Source: Planctomycetota bacterium (GTDB lineage: Bacteria > Planctomycetota > UBA1135 > UBA2386). Taken from it: a DNA stretch of 64,000 nucleotides. Numbering within the stretch: the stretch's first letter is position 1; each line of letters starts with the position of its first letter. A program made the position numbers and the translations under genes. The notes under the pieces are model-generated. The model worked only from the letters and a program-made list of their open reading frames with translations. It did no database searches and had not been told where the DNA came from. Shown here one piece after another: positions 1-11,795 of the stretch. Location: NCBI GenBank assembly GCA_965223545.1, contig OZ245006.1, forward strand, positions 4,288,001-4,352,000, written 5' to 3'.

Positions 1-1241
<1,241 letters not shown>

Positions 1242-1313
1242 TGGATGGTCGTGTTGCGGTTGTCAACGTGGCGACGAACCGGCCTGGACGACCGGCTCGC
1301 AGCGCCGGTGAGT

Positions 1314-2939
1314 TCAGTCTGAGAGTGCGGTGATGTGCTGGTAGGCGGGCAGAGTGAGGAATTCCTCGAGCTGCTCCGCGGAGATCAACTGCGCGAACAG
1401 CTGGCCGGCGAGCGCGAAGCGCTCGTTCTCGAACGCGTGCTCGCCCACGTCGGACCGGATGCGACCGAGCTCTTCGTCGAGGACTCGAGCGAACAGCTCC
1501 TGATCGATGCGACGACCGTCGCCGAGCGAGGCGCCGTGCCGGATCCACTGCCAGATCTGTACGCGGGAGATCTCCGCGGTGGCGGCGTCCTCCATCAAGT
1601 TGTGGATCGGCACACAGCCGTTGCCGCGCAACCACGCGGCCAGATAGAGCACGCCGACATGCAGGTTGTGCCGCAGCCCTTGCTCGGTGATCTCGCCGCT
1701 CGGTACGCGGAGCAGGTCCTCGGCGGTGACCGCGGGGCCGCCATACGGCGCGTCGATCTGGTTGTCGCCGGTCATGCCGGAATCGAAGATCTCGCGCGCC
1801 AAGCCGACCAGGCCGGGGTGCGCGACCCAAGTGCCGTCGTGTCCGTCCTCGACCTCGCGCTGCTTGTCCGCCCTGACTTTGCCGAGCGCAGCGTCGTTGG
1901 CAGCCGGGTCGCCCTTGATGGGAATCTGCGCGGCCATCCCGCCCATGGCGTGAATCCCGCGGCGGTGGCAGGTCTGGATCAGCAGCTGGCTGTAGGAGCG
2001 CAGGAAGTGCTGCTGCATCGTCACCGAGCCACGGTCCGGAAGGACGAACGACGGATGGGCGCGAAAGCGCTTGATGAAGCTGAAGATGTAGTCCCAGCGG
2101 CCGCAGTTGAGGCCGGCGCTGTGGTCGCGCAGCTCGTACAGGATCTCGTCCATCTCGAACGCGGCCGTGATGGTCTCGATCAGAACCGTTGCACGAACCG
2201 TGCCGGGCGGAAGGCCGAGCAGCTCCTGCGCGGCCAAGAACACGTCGTTCCACAGCCGAGCTTCGAGGTGGCTCTCGAGCTTCGGCAGGTAGAAGTAGGG
2301 GCCGGTGCCCCGCCGGAGCAGTTCCTCCGCGTTGTGGAAGAGATAGAGGCCGAAGTCGAACAGCGACGCGGACACCGCCGCGCCGTCGAGGGTGACGTGC
2401 GCTTCCTCGAGGTGCCAGCCGCGCGGCCGGACCACGAGCGTCGCCGTCGTCTCGGCCAGCGCGTAGTGCTTGCCGGTGTCGGGATGAGTGAAGTCCACTT
2501 GCCGCCGGATGGCGTCGTGCAGGTTGAGCTGGCCGTGGACGACGTTGTGCCAGGTCGGCGCGTTGGAGTCCTCGAAGTCGGCCATGAACACGCACGCCCC
2601 GCTATTGAGGGCGTTGATGATCATCTTGCGATCGACGGGGCCCGTGATCTCGACGCGCCGGTCGCGCAGGTCGGCCGGTATCGGCGCGACCCGCCAGTCA
2701 CCGTCGCGGATCGCGGCGGTCTCGGGCAGGAAGTCGAGCAGCGCGCCCGCGTCGAGGCGCTGCTGCACTTCTTCGCGCCGCGCCAGCAGTTCACGGCGGC
2801 GTCCACCGAAGCGCCGCTCCAGCGCGGCGACGAATGCGAGCGCCGCCGGCGAGACGATGCCTGCACAAGAAGGCTCGACCGCAGCGCGCACCGTCAAGCC
2901 GTTGTGCTGCGTGGATACCGTCGTGGAGTCCTCGTGCAC
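1314..2939 (-). CDS. aceB: Malate synthase A
   Basis: Motifs [57 protein letters not shown]. Directly upstream of aceA. GTG start at 2939 is approximate. Confidence 0.96.
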   Translation of the reverse strand: MHEDSTTVSTQHNGLTVRAAVEPSCAGIVSPAALAFVAALERRFGGRRRELLARREEVQQRLDAGALLDFLPETAAIRDGDWRVAPIPADLRDRRVEITGPVDRKMIINALNSGACVFMADFEDSNAPTWHNVVHGQLNLHDAIRRQVDFTHPDTGKHYALAETTATLVVRPRGWHLEEAHVTLDGAAVSASLFDFGLYLFHNAEELLRRGTGPYFYLPKLESHLEARLWNDVFLAAQELLGLPPGTVRATVLIETITAAFEMDEILYELRDHSAGLNCGRWDYIFSFIKRFRAHPSFVLPDRGSVTMQQHFLRSYSQLLIQTCHRRGIHAMGGMAAQIPIKGDPAANDAALGKVRADKQREVEDGHDGTWVAHPGLVGLAREIFDSGMTGDNQIDAPYGGPAVTAEDLLRVPSGEITEQGLRHNLHVGVLYLAAWLRGNGCVPIHNLMEDAATAEISRVQIWQWIRHGASLGDGRRIDQELFARVLDEELGRIRSDVGEHAFENERFALAGQLFAQLISAEQLEEFLTLPAYQHITALSD

Positions 2940-3127
2940 TTGGCGATCCCCCGCTTCCCCGTTTCGTTTCGACGCCGGTGGCCCCGAATCCCCCGGCACT
3001 CGAGAACATCGGCAAACGACGGCCGCCGTGTGTGGCGATTCTCTGGGCAGCCGGCCGATGCGCGGTGCGAAGGCGCTCCCGCCGAAGTTCGGTTATTTTT
3101 GCACCGCCCCGACGACATTGTGCAGCG

Positions 3128-3979
3128 ATGCAACACCCGACCCCGCCGATGCGCGGGCGCGCCGCGTCCGTGCTCTGGACCGCGTTGTTCTCCGCCGCGA
3201 CTGCCGCGCTGGTCACCGTCTGGCTATCGGGCTCCGGCCCGCCCAGCGCGCCCCCAAGGCCGGAACTCGCCATCGACGGAGCCGATCTCCGCGTGCTGCG
3301 CGAGAGGGTCGCCCAGCTCGAGCAGCGTCTGGCGGCGCGGCCGCTCCTCGCGGAGCCGATGAAGACCGCCGAACCCGGCGCGGGCGAGCAGCCCGCGCGG
3401 CGCGCGGTCGCCGACCGCGAAGCGCGGGTCGAAACGAGAATCACCGCGCTCGAGCAGCAGATCGCCGCTCTGGGCCAGCGGGCGTCGCGGTTGCGCATCG
3501 GGGGAGACTTGGACAAGAACCCGGGCGACGCCGCGGCCGCCGCGCAGAGCATGGTCGAAAGGCGTGCCGCGGAGCAGCGTCGTCGCGCTGACCTGCAGGC
3601 GACGATCCTCGACCCGGCCGCTGCGGCGGACGTCAAGCGACAGGCCTGGTCGCGGCTGCGTGGGATCGAGGACGCCTACTCCGATGAAGTCGTGGCCGAG
3701 ATGGTGCGTCTCGGCCTGGGCTCGCAGGATGCGAGGCTGCGCGCCGACATCTGGCGCCAGGCGGACGGCCGCTCCATGCACGATGCCCTGGTGCCCGCGC
3801 TGCTGCGGGCCGTGCAGACCGATCCCGACAGCTCGGTGCGCGAGGAGGCGGCGGAGACCCTCGAGAACTACGCGCACCGGCCCGAAGTCGCACAGACGCT
3901 GACGTTCGTGGCGGCCAACGACGCCGACGAGGGCGTGCGCCGCTACGCCGCGCGCTCGCTGGAGCGCGTCCGCCGATAG
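3128..3979 (+). CDS. Membrane-anchored coiled-coil / HEAT-repeat protein
   Basis: N-terminal hydrophobic helix (VLWTALFSAATAALVTVWL), coiled-coil segments, C-terminal HEAT-like units (DPDSSVREEAAETL, DADEGVRRYAARSL). Confidence 0.75.
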   Translation: MQHPTPPMRGRAASVLWTALFSAATAALVTVWLSGSGPPSAPPRPELAIDGADLRVLRERVAQLEQRLAARPLLAEPMKTAEPGAGEQPARRAVADREARVETRITALEQQIAALGQRASRLRIGGDLDKNPGDAAAAAQSMVERRAAEQRRRADLQATILDPAAAADVKRQAWSRLRGIEDAYSDEVVAEMVRLGLGSQDARLRADIWRQADGRSMHDALVPALLRAVQTDPDSSVREEAAETLENYAHRPEVAQTLTFVAANDADEGVRRYAARSLERVRR

Positions 3980-4269
3980 GACTGAGCCTCGGGGCCGCAA
4001 GTCTGCGCGCGGCGACAACCTTTCGGAAGGCTCGATGCCGCTGGAACTTCGACAACGCAGCTCCCGGAGGCTCGAAGACAACACTGGCCTCTGAGCTCGG
4101 CCCCAAGGGCCGCGGTGGTTCGCTCGGCGCGACTCTCGAGTGCTATCATGGAACCGAGTTGCTTCGCCGGTGTCCCCAAGAGCGCTCGTGTGCGGTGTTC
4201 TAGGGGCCGGCGCAGTGAACGGCGTGGCCAATCGCGTCGAGGTGCTCTGGAGAAGCTCGGGGGCGTAGC

Positions 4270-4548
4270 GTGACTGAAGACTCTGCTCGTTCGATTCTGA
4301 AGCTGATCGCGGTCGCGGTCATCATGGTTGGACTCAGCATGTTCGTGCGCACGGTCATGAGTCTGTTGGCTGCAGGTTCCTCCATGCCTGAGATCTCCAC
4401 CGACATCCAATTCCAAGTGTCGGGCACCATCGCGCAGCTCGGGTTGTTCTCCGTGCTTGCAGACCTGGGCGTCGCCGCTCTCGGGCTGGCTCTGTTCGTC
4501 TTGAGCCCAAAGCTCGCCGAGAAGATCGTCGAGTCGTCGTCCCGCTGA
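4270..4548 (+). CDS. Small hypothetical membrane protein (2 TM)
   Basis: 92-aa ORF with two hydrophobic segments and protein-like composition, unlike the Arg/Ala-rich shadow ORFs. Confidence 0.6.
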   Translation: MTEDSARSILKLIAVAVIMVGLSMFVRTVMSLLAAGSSMPEISTDIQFQVSGTIAQLGLFSVLADLGVAALGLALFVLSPKLAEKIVESSSR

Positions 4549-4793
4549 GACAGTGCCTCCAGGCTCGCGGCGACGGATGTGTCCGGCGTTCCAAGCGGCG
4601 CCGGCGAGAGCGGCATCCGAGTTTACGGCCGTGGCCGCGCTGAAGACTGCAGGACCGGCCTGCTGCCATGCGATGGAGCACGCCCTCAGCGCCGGCTGAG
4701 GGTTGCTGTTCCATCGCGTTCTGTGGCTCGAGTGCCCGCGAGCCCCGGTGGCGCCTCGGCACGAGACACTCCGGCGAGCCGATGCCGACTCCG

Positions 4794-4820
4794 CTGGCGG
4801 TTTTTTGGCAATGGCCAAAA
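4794..4820 (+). promoter_or_regulatory. Possible sigma54 -24/-12 element overlapping a palindrome
   Basis: CTGGCGGTTTTTTGGCA (4794-4810) has GG-N10-GC spacing. It overlaps the inverted repeat TTTTGGC-AATG-GCCAAAA (4803-4820), about 120 bp upstream of the sigma54 activator gene. Confidence 0.35.
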
Positions 4821-4938
4821 GGCGGACATGTGGATGTGCCGAAAACCTCCACGGCGCAGGACCCCACCTGCCGTTTGCAGAGCCACCCCCCGGCTCGCGC
4901 AGGTGTGGCCGTCTCGCCGGAAACGAAACGGAGTCGGC

Positions 4939-6356
<1,418 letters not shown>

Positions 6357-6360
<4 letters not shown>

Positions 6361-7037
6361 ACGGCGGTGACCCGTCGTCGGCGCCCGAGGCTGCCCGCGC
6401 CGCGCGCGGGCAAGTGGTGGCGCGGCGGCTGCAAGCGGTGCTCGGCCACGAGCTGCGCAATCCGCTGGCGGCGGCCCTGACCAACGTCGAGACCGTCGCG
6501 GCGATGACCGACGCCGCTGATCCCCGCGCCCGGATGCTGCAACGGGCTGCGCGTGACCTGGACCGCGTCGCGGCCTTGCTCGATCGCTACCTTGGTCTGG
6601 GGTCGCACCGCGCCCCGCGCCTCGAGCGGGTCTCGCTGCGAGCCGCCGTGGCGAGCGCGTGCCGCACCGTCGAGGGTCTCGTCGTCGAACTCGACGGCGT
6701 CGATACCGACGTGCGTGTCGACCCGCTGCTGTTCCGTCGAGTGTTGGACAACCTGCTCGACAACGCCGCCAGGGCCGGTGCCTCGCGGGTCTGGTGTCGC
6801 TGGCGCCGCCGGACGGACGGTGGCGTCCATCTGGAGATCCGTGACAACGGTCGCGGCGTGCCCGACTGCCTGCGGGCGACGCTGTTCGAGCCCGGCGTCA
6901 CCGGGCGCGGAGGCACTGGTCTGGGACTCGCCGTGGCGCGCGACGTGATGCGGGCGATGCGCGGCGACATCCGGCTGCATCGCGGTTCCGGCGGTGCGCG
7001 GTTCGGCCTGCTCGTGCACGCGGCCCAGGAGGACTGA
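6357..7037 (+). CDS. Histidine kinase with no sensor or TM domain
   Basis: GTGA overlap with the upstream stop. H-box GHELRNPL, N-box NLLDNA, DNGRG and GTGLGL boxes. About 226 aa. Confidence 0.88.
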
Positions 7038-7039
7038 CC

Positions 7040-7915
7040 ATGCTCGTTCTGCTGGTGGAAGACGAGAGCGGGTTGCGTGAAGGGTTGGCGGACTACCTGT
7101 CGCTGCACGGCCACGTCGTGCGCGCCGTCGACAGCTGCGCCGCTGCGCTCGATGCTCTGCGAGACGAGGACTTCGACGTGGTCGTCACCGACTGGCGGCT
7201 CGGCGACGGGCTGGGCGCGCTGGTGTTGGAGCGCTGCGACAGCCCGGCGATCGTGATGAGCGGTCATCCCGACGAGGTCGCGTCGAGCGGCGCCAAGAGC
7301 TTGCTCTGCAAACCGACGCGGCCGGCGGATCTGCTCGCCGAGATCGAGCGCGTCGCGGCCGCGCCGGCACCGTCCGTGCAGGTCTCGCCCGCACCCGGCG
7401 CCGTCGACGCGGGCCTCCCGGCCGACGCGAGAGCACGGCTGCGCCTTCTGCGGCACGCGCTCGGAGGCGCCATCGAGTATCGCGTCGAGGCGGACGAGCT
7501 GCTCGTCGTCGCGCCGTTGCCCGCGCCGGCCGTCGAGCTGCCGGACGTCGTCGACCGGGTCGGTGGCGATGCCAGGATCCTGGACCATGGCGACGGTCCC
7601 CGTCTCGAGCTGCGCATGTTCGTCGACGGGCGCCCCGACGGTGCCGTGGCGGTACGGATCGACGACCCGTGGCCGCCGCCACCGGCGGTGGTAGCGCTCG
7701 ATCTGGCCTTCGAGCGCGATGCCGAGCGCTGCCTCCGCGCGGTGCGCGCAGCGGCGGCGCGCGCGTCGCGCGGGCGCCGTGTACACATTCTCAACGTCGA
7801 GCCCGAAGTGCGTCTGTACTTCGAAGCCACGGGAAACGGTGCGCTCTTGCCGATGAGAACGCCGTGCGGGCCGCGGTTGCCCGCTCTGTTGACGGAGCTG
7901 TGGCGGCAGACATGA
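7040..7915 (+). CDS. Response regulator with atypical C-terminus (possibly STAS-like)
   Basis: LLVEDE...VVTDWRL receiver domain. C-terminal VALDL...GRRVHILNVEPEVRLYFEATG resembles a STAS fold. Confidence 0.8.
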   Translation: MLVLLVEDESGLREGLADYLSLHGHVVRAVDSCAAALDALRDEDFDVVVTDWRLGDGLGALVLERCDSPAIVMSGHPDEVASSGAKSLLCKPTRPADLLAEIERVAAAPAPSVQVSPAPGAVDAGLPADARARLRLLRHALGGAIEYRVEADELLVVAPLPAPAVELPDVVDRVGGDARILDHGDGPRLELRMFVDGRPDGAVAVRIDDPWPPPPAVVALDLAFERDAERCLRAVRAAAARASRGRRVHILNVEPEVRLYFEATGNGALLPMRTPCGPRLPALLTELWRQT

Positions 7916-8733
7916 AGGACTTCGAGGACTCGAGAGCGGCATCGGTCGAAGCATCGAAGAACGCCGGTCAAACCGAGGGCGAGGCTCTCGATCGACTGAT
8001 GGCGGCGGGTGCGCCGGCCGCCGGCGCCGAGACACCGGCGGTTGCCGCCGAAGGCGAGGAGTCCTCGCCCGTTTCGCGCGAAGCCGAGACCACAGCCGGC
8101 GCCGCGCCCATCTTTCGGCGCGCGGCACGATCGGGCGCGCGGCTCGACGTCGTGCTGCAGGTGGCGTTGGCGATCAACGTCGTGGTGCTCGCAGTCCTCT
8201 TGGGTACCACCTCCTCCACGGGGGTGACCGAATCCGCGCCGCCGCCGGCGCAGAGCGACCCGGTGCTCACCCCGCTCCGCGAGATCGGTCAGCTGCCCGA
8301 CAGCCCGCTCTGGGAGCAGGCCGTGCGGGCGGCCGGGACCGGCGACTACGCCGGCGCCGTACGCCTGCTCGAGAGCTACCTCGAGGCGACGCCCCAGATG
8401 TCGGATGTCGAGCGCCAGCTGGTCTACAACCAAGTCGCCTACTACCTGATCAAGGTCGGTCGGGTCGCCGAGTCGCAGCGCTACACCGACCGCGCCCGCG
8501 AGCTGCTCGGCCGGGTCTACCTCGGCCAGGACTTGCTGCAGGCGGCCGAGGCCGCCGGCGGTCGCGGTGCGTTGGAGCAGATGAGGGCCTCGTACGCCCG
8601 CTTCTTGCTGCAGCTGGAGCAGACCTCGCCCGCAGTGCGGCAGCGCGAAGCCGAGGCGTTGCTCCGGCTCGGCGATTCGTATCGCATCGAAGCCGGCGGT
8701 CGCGATGACAAGGCCGGCGGCGAGGGAGGCTGA
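7912..8733 (+). CDS. Single-TM protein with TPR-like C-terminal domain
   Basis: ATGA overlap, acidic disordered N-terminus, TM VVLQVALAINVVVLAVLLG, TPR-like helices (GDYAGAVRLLESYL). Confidence 0.75.
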   Translation: MKDFEDSRAASVEASKNAGQTEGEALDRLMAAGAPAAGAETPAVAAEGEESSPVSREAETTAGAAPIFRRAARSGARLDVVLQVALAINVVVLAVLLGTTSSTGVTESAPPPAQSDPVLTPLREIGQLPDSPLWEQAVRAAGTGDYAGAVRLLESYLEATPQMSDVERQLVYNQVAYYLIKVGRVAESQRYTDRARELLGRVYLGQDLLQAAEAAGGRGALEQMRASYARFLLQLEQTSPAVRQREAEALLRLGDSYRIEAGGRDDKAGGEGG

Positions 8734-8740
8734 GCCCGCG

Positions 8741-10330
8741 ATGCCGCCGCGATGCGTTCGGCGTTTGGCAACCGTGGCGATGGCCGCCGCCGGGTGCGGT
8801 GTGCCCGTCCTCGGCCAAGAGGCGGCGTGGTCTTTCACCGCGGAAGACGGCAGCGCGCTGGTCTCCGTGGACCGCCGCGGAGTGTCCGCGCGTGCCGCTC
8901 TGCGTGAGCTGGCGGACGGGATGAGTTGGGCGCTGGAGTTCGCCGGCTCGGGCATCGAAGAACGCCTGACCCGCGAAACCCTCGATCTTTCTCTGCGTGA
9001 TCGGGATCCGGAGACGGTGGCGATGCTGATCGGCGCGGCCGCCGGCGCCGACGTTCTACTGACCGATCGTGGCGAACCTACCGCACCGGCTCCGACGCTG
9101 TACGTGTCGCCGCAGCCCTCCGCGGACACCCCTGCCGGGCAGCAGCGGTTGCGGGCGAAGGCGGCGGAGTGGTATCAGCGGTTCCTGTTGAGCTCGATCG
9201 AGCAGCTACCGGCCCTGGCATCGCAGGAGATGCTGGTGCGCATGCAGCTCGGCGACCTGTATGCGCAGCTGGGAGAGTTGGCATTGGCCGCCGGCCAATA
9301 CGAAGAGGTGGTCGAGCGCGATCCCGACCATGGCTACGTACCAGCGGCGCTGCTGCGCTTGGCGCAGTGCCGCCACGAGATGGGGGAGCTCGACGAGGCC
9401 GAGCACTGGGCTTCGGTCGTCAGCCGCATGAGCCCGCGCCAGGCGGAGACCGCAGCGGCAACCGTTCTGTTGGGCCGCGTCTTGCTGGACTCCGGCCGGC
9501 TGCACGAGTGCGTCGCGACCATGACCGCGGCCATTGTGCCGTTGGCGACAGCGCCCGAGATCGTCGACATCCATCTGATCGCGGCGACCGCGGAGTGGCG
9601 CCGGGGCAACGCGGAGCGTGGGCTGGCCCACGTGCGCACTCTGCTGCGCCAGGTTGATCCGCGTTCTCTGTCCCGGCGCCGTTGGCTCGACGTGCACTAT
9701 CTGCGCGGGGTATGTGCCGAGCAGCTCGGCGCGGCCGGCGAAGCCACCCAAGCGCTGCAGCGGTTCTTGTGGACCTGTGCCGAGGACCCGCGGCGTGGCG
9801 CGGCAACCGTGTCGCTGGGGTGGGCGTACTTGGCGCAGGATCGATTCGTCGAGGCGCGGGCAGCGGCGCGCACGGCAATGGCAATGGCGGTGCAGATGGA
9901 CCCGGCGTGGCAAGCGCGTGGGCGCGAGCTGGATGCACGCGTCGGTCTGGCGATCGGCCAACTGGACGAGGCGCTGGCGCGGTTGACCGAGGAAGTCCGC
10001 GCCGCCCCGGGGCAGCGCGGGGAGCTCGCGGTGTTCACCCTCCAGGCGATGATCGAAGGGGATCGATTGCAAGCGGCGGTCGAGCTGGCCGGCAGTCTCG
10101 AGCTGGCCGGGATCGAGGGCGATCGGTCGCGATCGCTGCACGTCGAAGCGCTCTGGCGGCAGGCGCGCCGCACGGGGCACTGGCTGGACTTCGTGCGGCG
10201 GTCGGCAGCCGTCGTCGATGGCATTGTCGACGAGGACGAGCGGCGCACTGCGCTGCGATTGCTCGGCAGTGGCTATGGCGAGCTCGGTGACTGGACGCGG
10301 GCCGTCGAGGTCTTCTTGGGGGTGCTGTGA
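8741..10330 (+). CDS. Secreted TPR protein with possible STN/N0-like N-terminal domain
   Basis: Signal-like N-terminus, VSARAALRELA...LDLSLRD segment, then multiple TPRs (AALLRLAQCRHEMG, YLRGVCAEQLG). Confidence 0.75.
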   Translation: MPPRCVRRLATVAMAAAGCGVPVLGQEAAWSFTAEDGSALVSVDRRGVSARAALRELADGMSWALEFAGSGIEERLTRETLDLSLRDRDPETVAMLIGAAAGADVLLTDRGEPTAPAPTLYVSPQPSADTPAGQQRLRAKAAEWYQRFLLSSIEQLPALASQEMLVRMQLGDLYAQLGELALAAGQYEEVVERDPDHGYVPAALLRLAQCRHEMGELDEAEHWASVVSRMSPRQAETAAATVLLGRVLLDSGRLHECVATMTAAIVPLATAPEIVDIHLIAATAEWRRGNAERGLAHVRTLLRQVDPRSLSRRRWLDVHYLRGVCAEQLGAAGEATQALQRFLWTCAEDPRRGAATVSLGWAYLAQDRFVEARAAARTAMAMAVQMDPAWQARGRELDARVGLAIGQLDEALARLTEEVRAAPGQRGELAVFTLQAMIEGDRLQAAVELAGSLELAGIEGDRSRSLHVEALWRQARRTGHWLDFVRRSAAVVDGIVDEDERRTALRLLGSGYGELGDWTRAVEVFLGVL

Positions 10331-11229
10331 CGCTGGCGAATTCGAGGCGCGGGGCGTTCGCACTTTGCTGCATCCTGTGGCTCGCCGGCTCCGCCCGCGT
10401 CGCGGCCCAACAGGAGTCGGAGCAACGGGCTGCGGCCGAGCGCCGGCTGTCCGAGCATCGCGTGGCGCTCGCACAGCGCGAGCTGGAGATCGAGGACATC
10501 ATCGACGCGATGACGCTGCATTCGCTCGGCGCCCGGGAGGGGTCGCCCGACCTGCCGCTGGTCGGTGGCGTGATGCGCGAGCGTGCCGAGGTCGAGGCCG
10601 AGCTCTTGGCCGAAGAACAGCACGTCGAGCAGCTGCGCGCGCTGCTCGCAACGCGCGTCGCCGAGCTCCGCGTCCACGGCGTCGCTACGACCGTGCAGAT
10701 GGGCGAGGAGGAGGTGGTTCCCGCCGCCTTGCCCGCTGATACGCCGTCGCCCGCGCCGGCGGTCGAGGTGGCGCCGGTCGAGTCGACGCCGGAGCCGAAG
10801 GCGACCACCGCCGAGCCCGCGTCCACCGGCGGCGAACCGACTCCGGCGAGCACCCCGCTCCCCGAGGGCGTTTCGGAAGAGGCCGAGCTCGCGCTGGAAG
10901 GACGCGGCCTTGCCGGGGCGGTGCGCGACCCGTTGCTCCTGGGCCGGGCGCTGTTCCGCGCGGGACGTTTCGACCTCGCCCGCCCGCTGTTGTTGGAGGC
11001 TGCGGAGCTACCGTCGGCGGGCGCTCTGCAGTGGTTCAGCTATGCCCGCTGCTGCGAGCGGATGGGCGACTACGAGGCCGCCGACCGCGCGCTGCAGAAG
11101 ATCGAAGCGATGGACACCCATACCGCTGCCGACGGTTCGGCGTCGCTGGGTCGCTGGGGCCTCGCCGCCAACTTGGCGCGCAAGCAAATGCTGTGGATGC
11201 GCGACCACGGCTCAGCGACCGCTCGGTGA
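10327..11229 (+). CDS. Secreted coiled-coil / Pro-rich linker / TPR protein
   Basis: GTGA overlap, signal peptide, coiled coil, PAPA/EPT-rich linker, TPR (LGRALFRAGRFDLA). Confidence 0.72.
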   Translation: MTLANSRRGAFALCCILWLAGSARVAAQQESEQRAAAERRLSEHRVALAQRELEIEDIIDAMTLHSLGAREGSPDLPLVGGVMRERAEVEAELLAEEQHVEQLRALLATRVAELRVHGVATTVQMGEEEVVPAALPADTPSPAPAVEVAPVESTPEPKATTAEPASTGGEPTPASTPLPEGVSEEAELALEGRGLAGAVRDPLLLGRALFRAGRFDLARPLLLEAAELPSAGALQWFSYARCCERMGDYEAADRALQKIEAMDTHTAADGSASLGRWGLAANLARKQMLWMRDHGSATAR

Positions 11230-11742
11230 CAAGTAGCGCGTGCGCAGCACGTCGACGTGGTGGGCCATGTGGCCGGCGAGAATGTACAGCAAGGAGCGCA
11301 GCGTGAAGCGCACTCCGGAGGCGGTGCCGGTCGCCGCGCCCAGGTCGATGCCGGTCTCGTGCAGCCCTTCGATGAACGCCAGGTTTGCCGCCCGGGCCAA
11401 GTACAACTCTTCGACCAGCGATTCGAGCGTGCGGGCGTCGAAGTCGTAGGCGCGCACGTAGTCGTCTTGCTCCATGCCGGGCAGGGGACTCTGGTCGCCG
11501 CGCGCGATGTGGAACGCGCGGAAGGCGAACACCCGCTCGGCATCGGTGATGTGACCGACGACCTGCTTGATGCTCCACTTGTCCGGCGCGTAGCGCAGGC
11601 CGGCGCGGTCCTCGCCGATCTCGCTCAAGAAGGCGCGCACCTCTTCGGCCTGGTTGGCGAGCACGCCCAGGATCGGACCCTCGGGCACCAGCTCGATGTA
11701 GCCGTGGTAGTACGGGGCGGCTTCGTCGGGGAGCGGTCGCAT
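11212..11742 (-). CDS. DinB family protein
   Basis: YAPDKWSIKQVVGHITDAERVF and AGHMAHH His motifs. Confidence 0.9.
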   Translation of the reverse strand: MRPLPDEAAPYYHGYIELVPEGPILGVLANQAEEVRAFLSEIGEDRAGLRYAPDKWSIKQVVGHITDAERVFAFRAFHIARGDQSPLPGMEQDDYVRAYDFDARTLESLVEELYLARAANLAFIEGLHETGIDLGAATGTASGVRFTLRSLLYILAGHMAHHVDVLRTRYLSPSGR

Positions 11743-11795
11743 GCCCCGATGACAGACGATTCCCGCGGCGGACGCCAGCGCGCGGCCGGGCGAGG

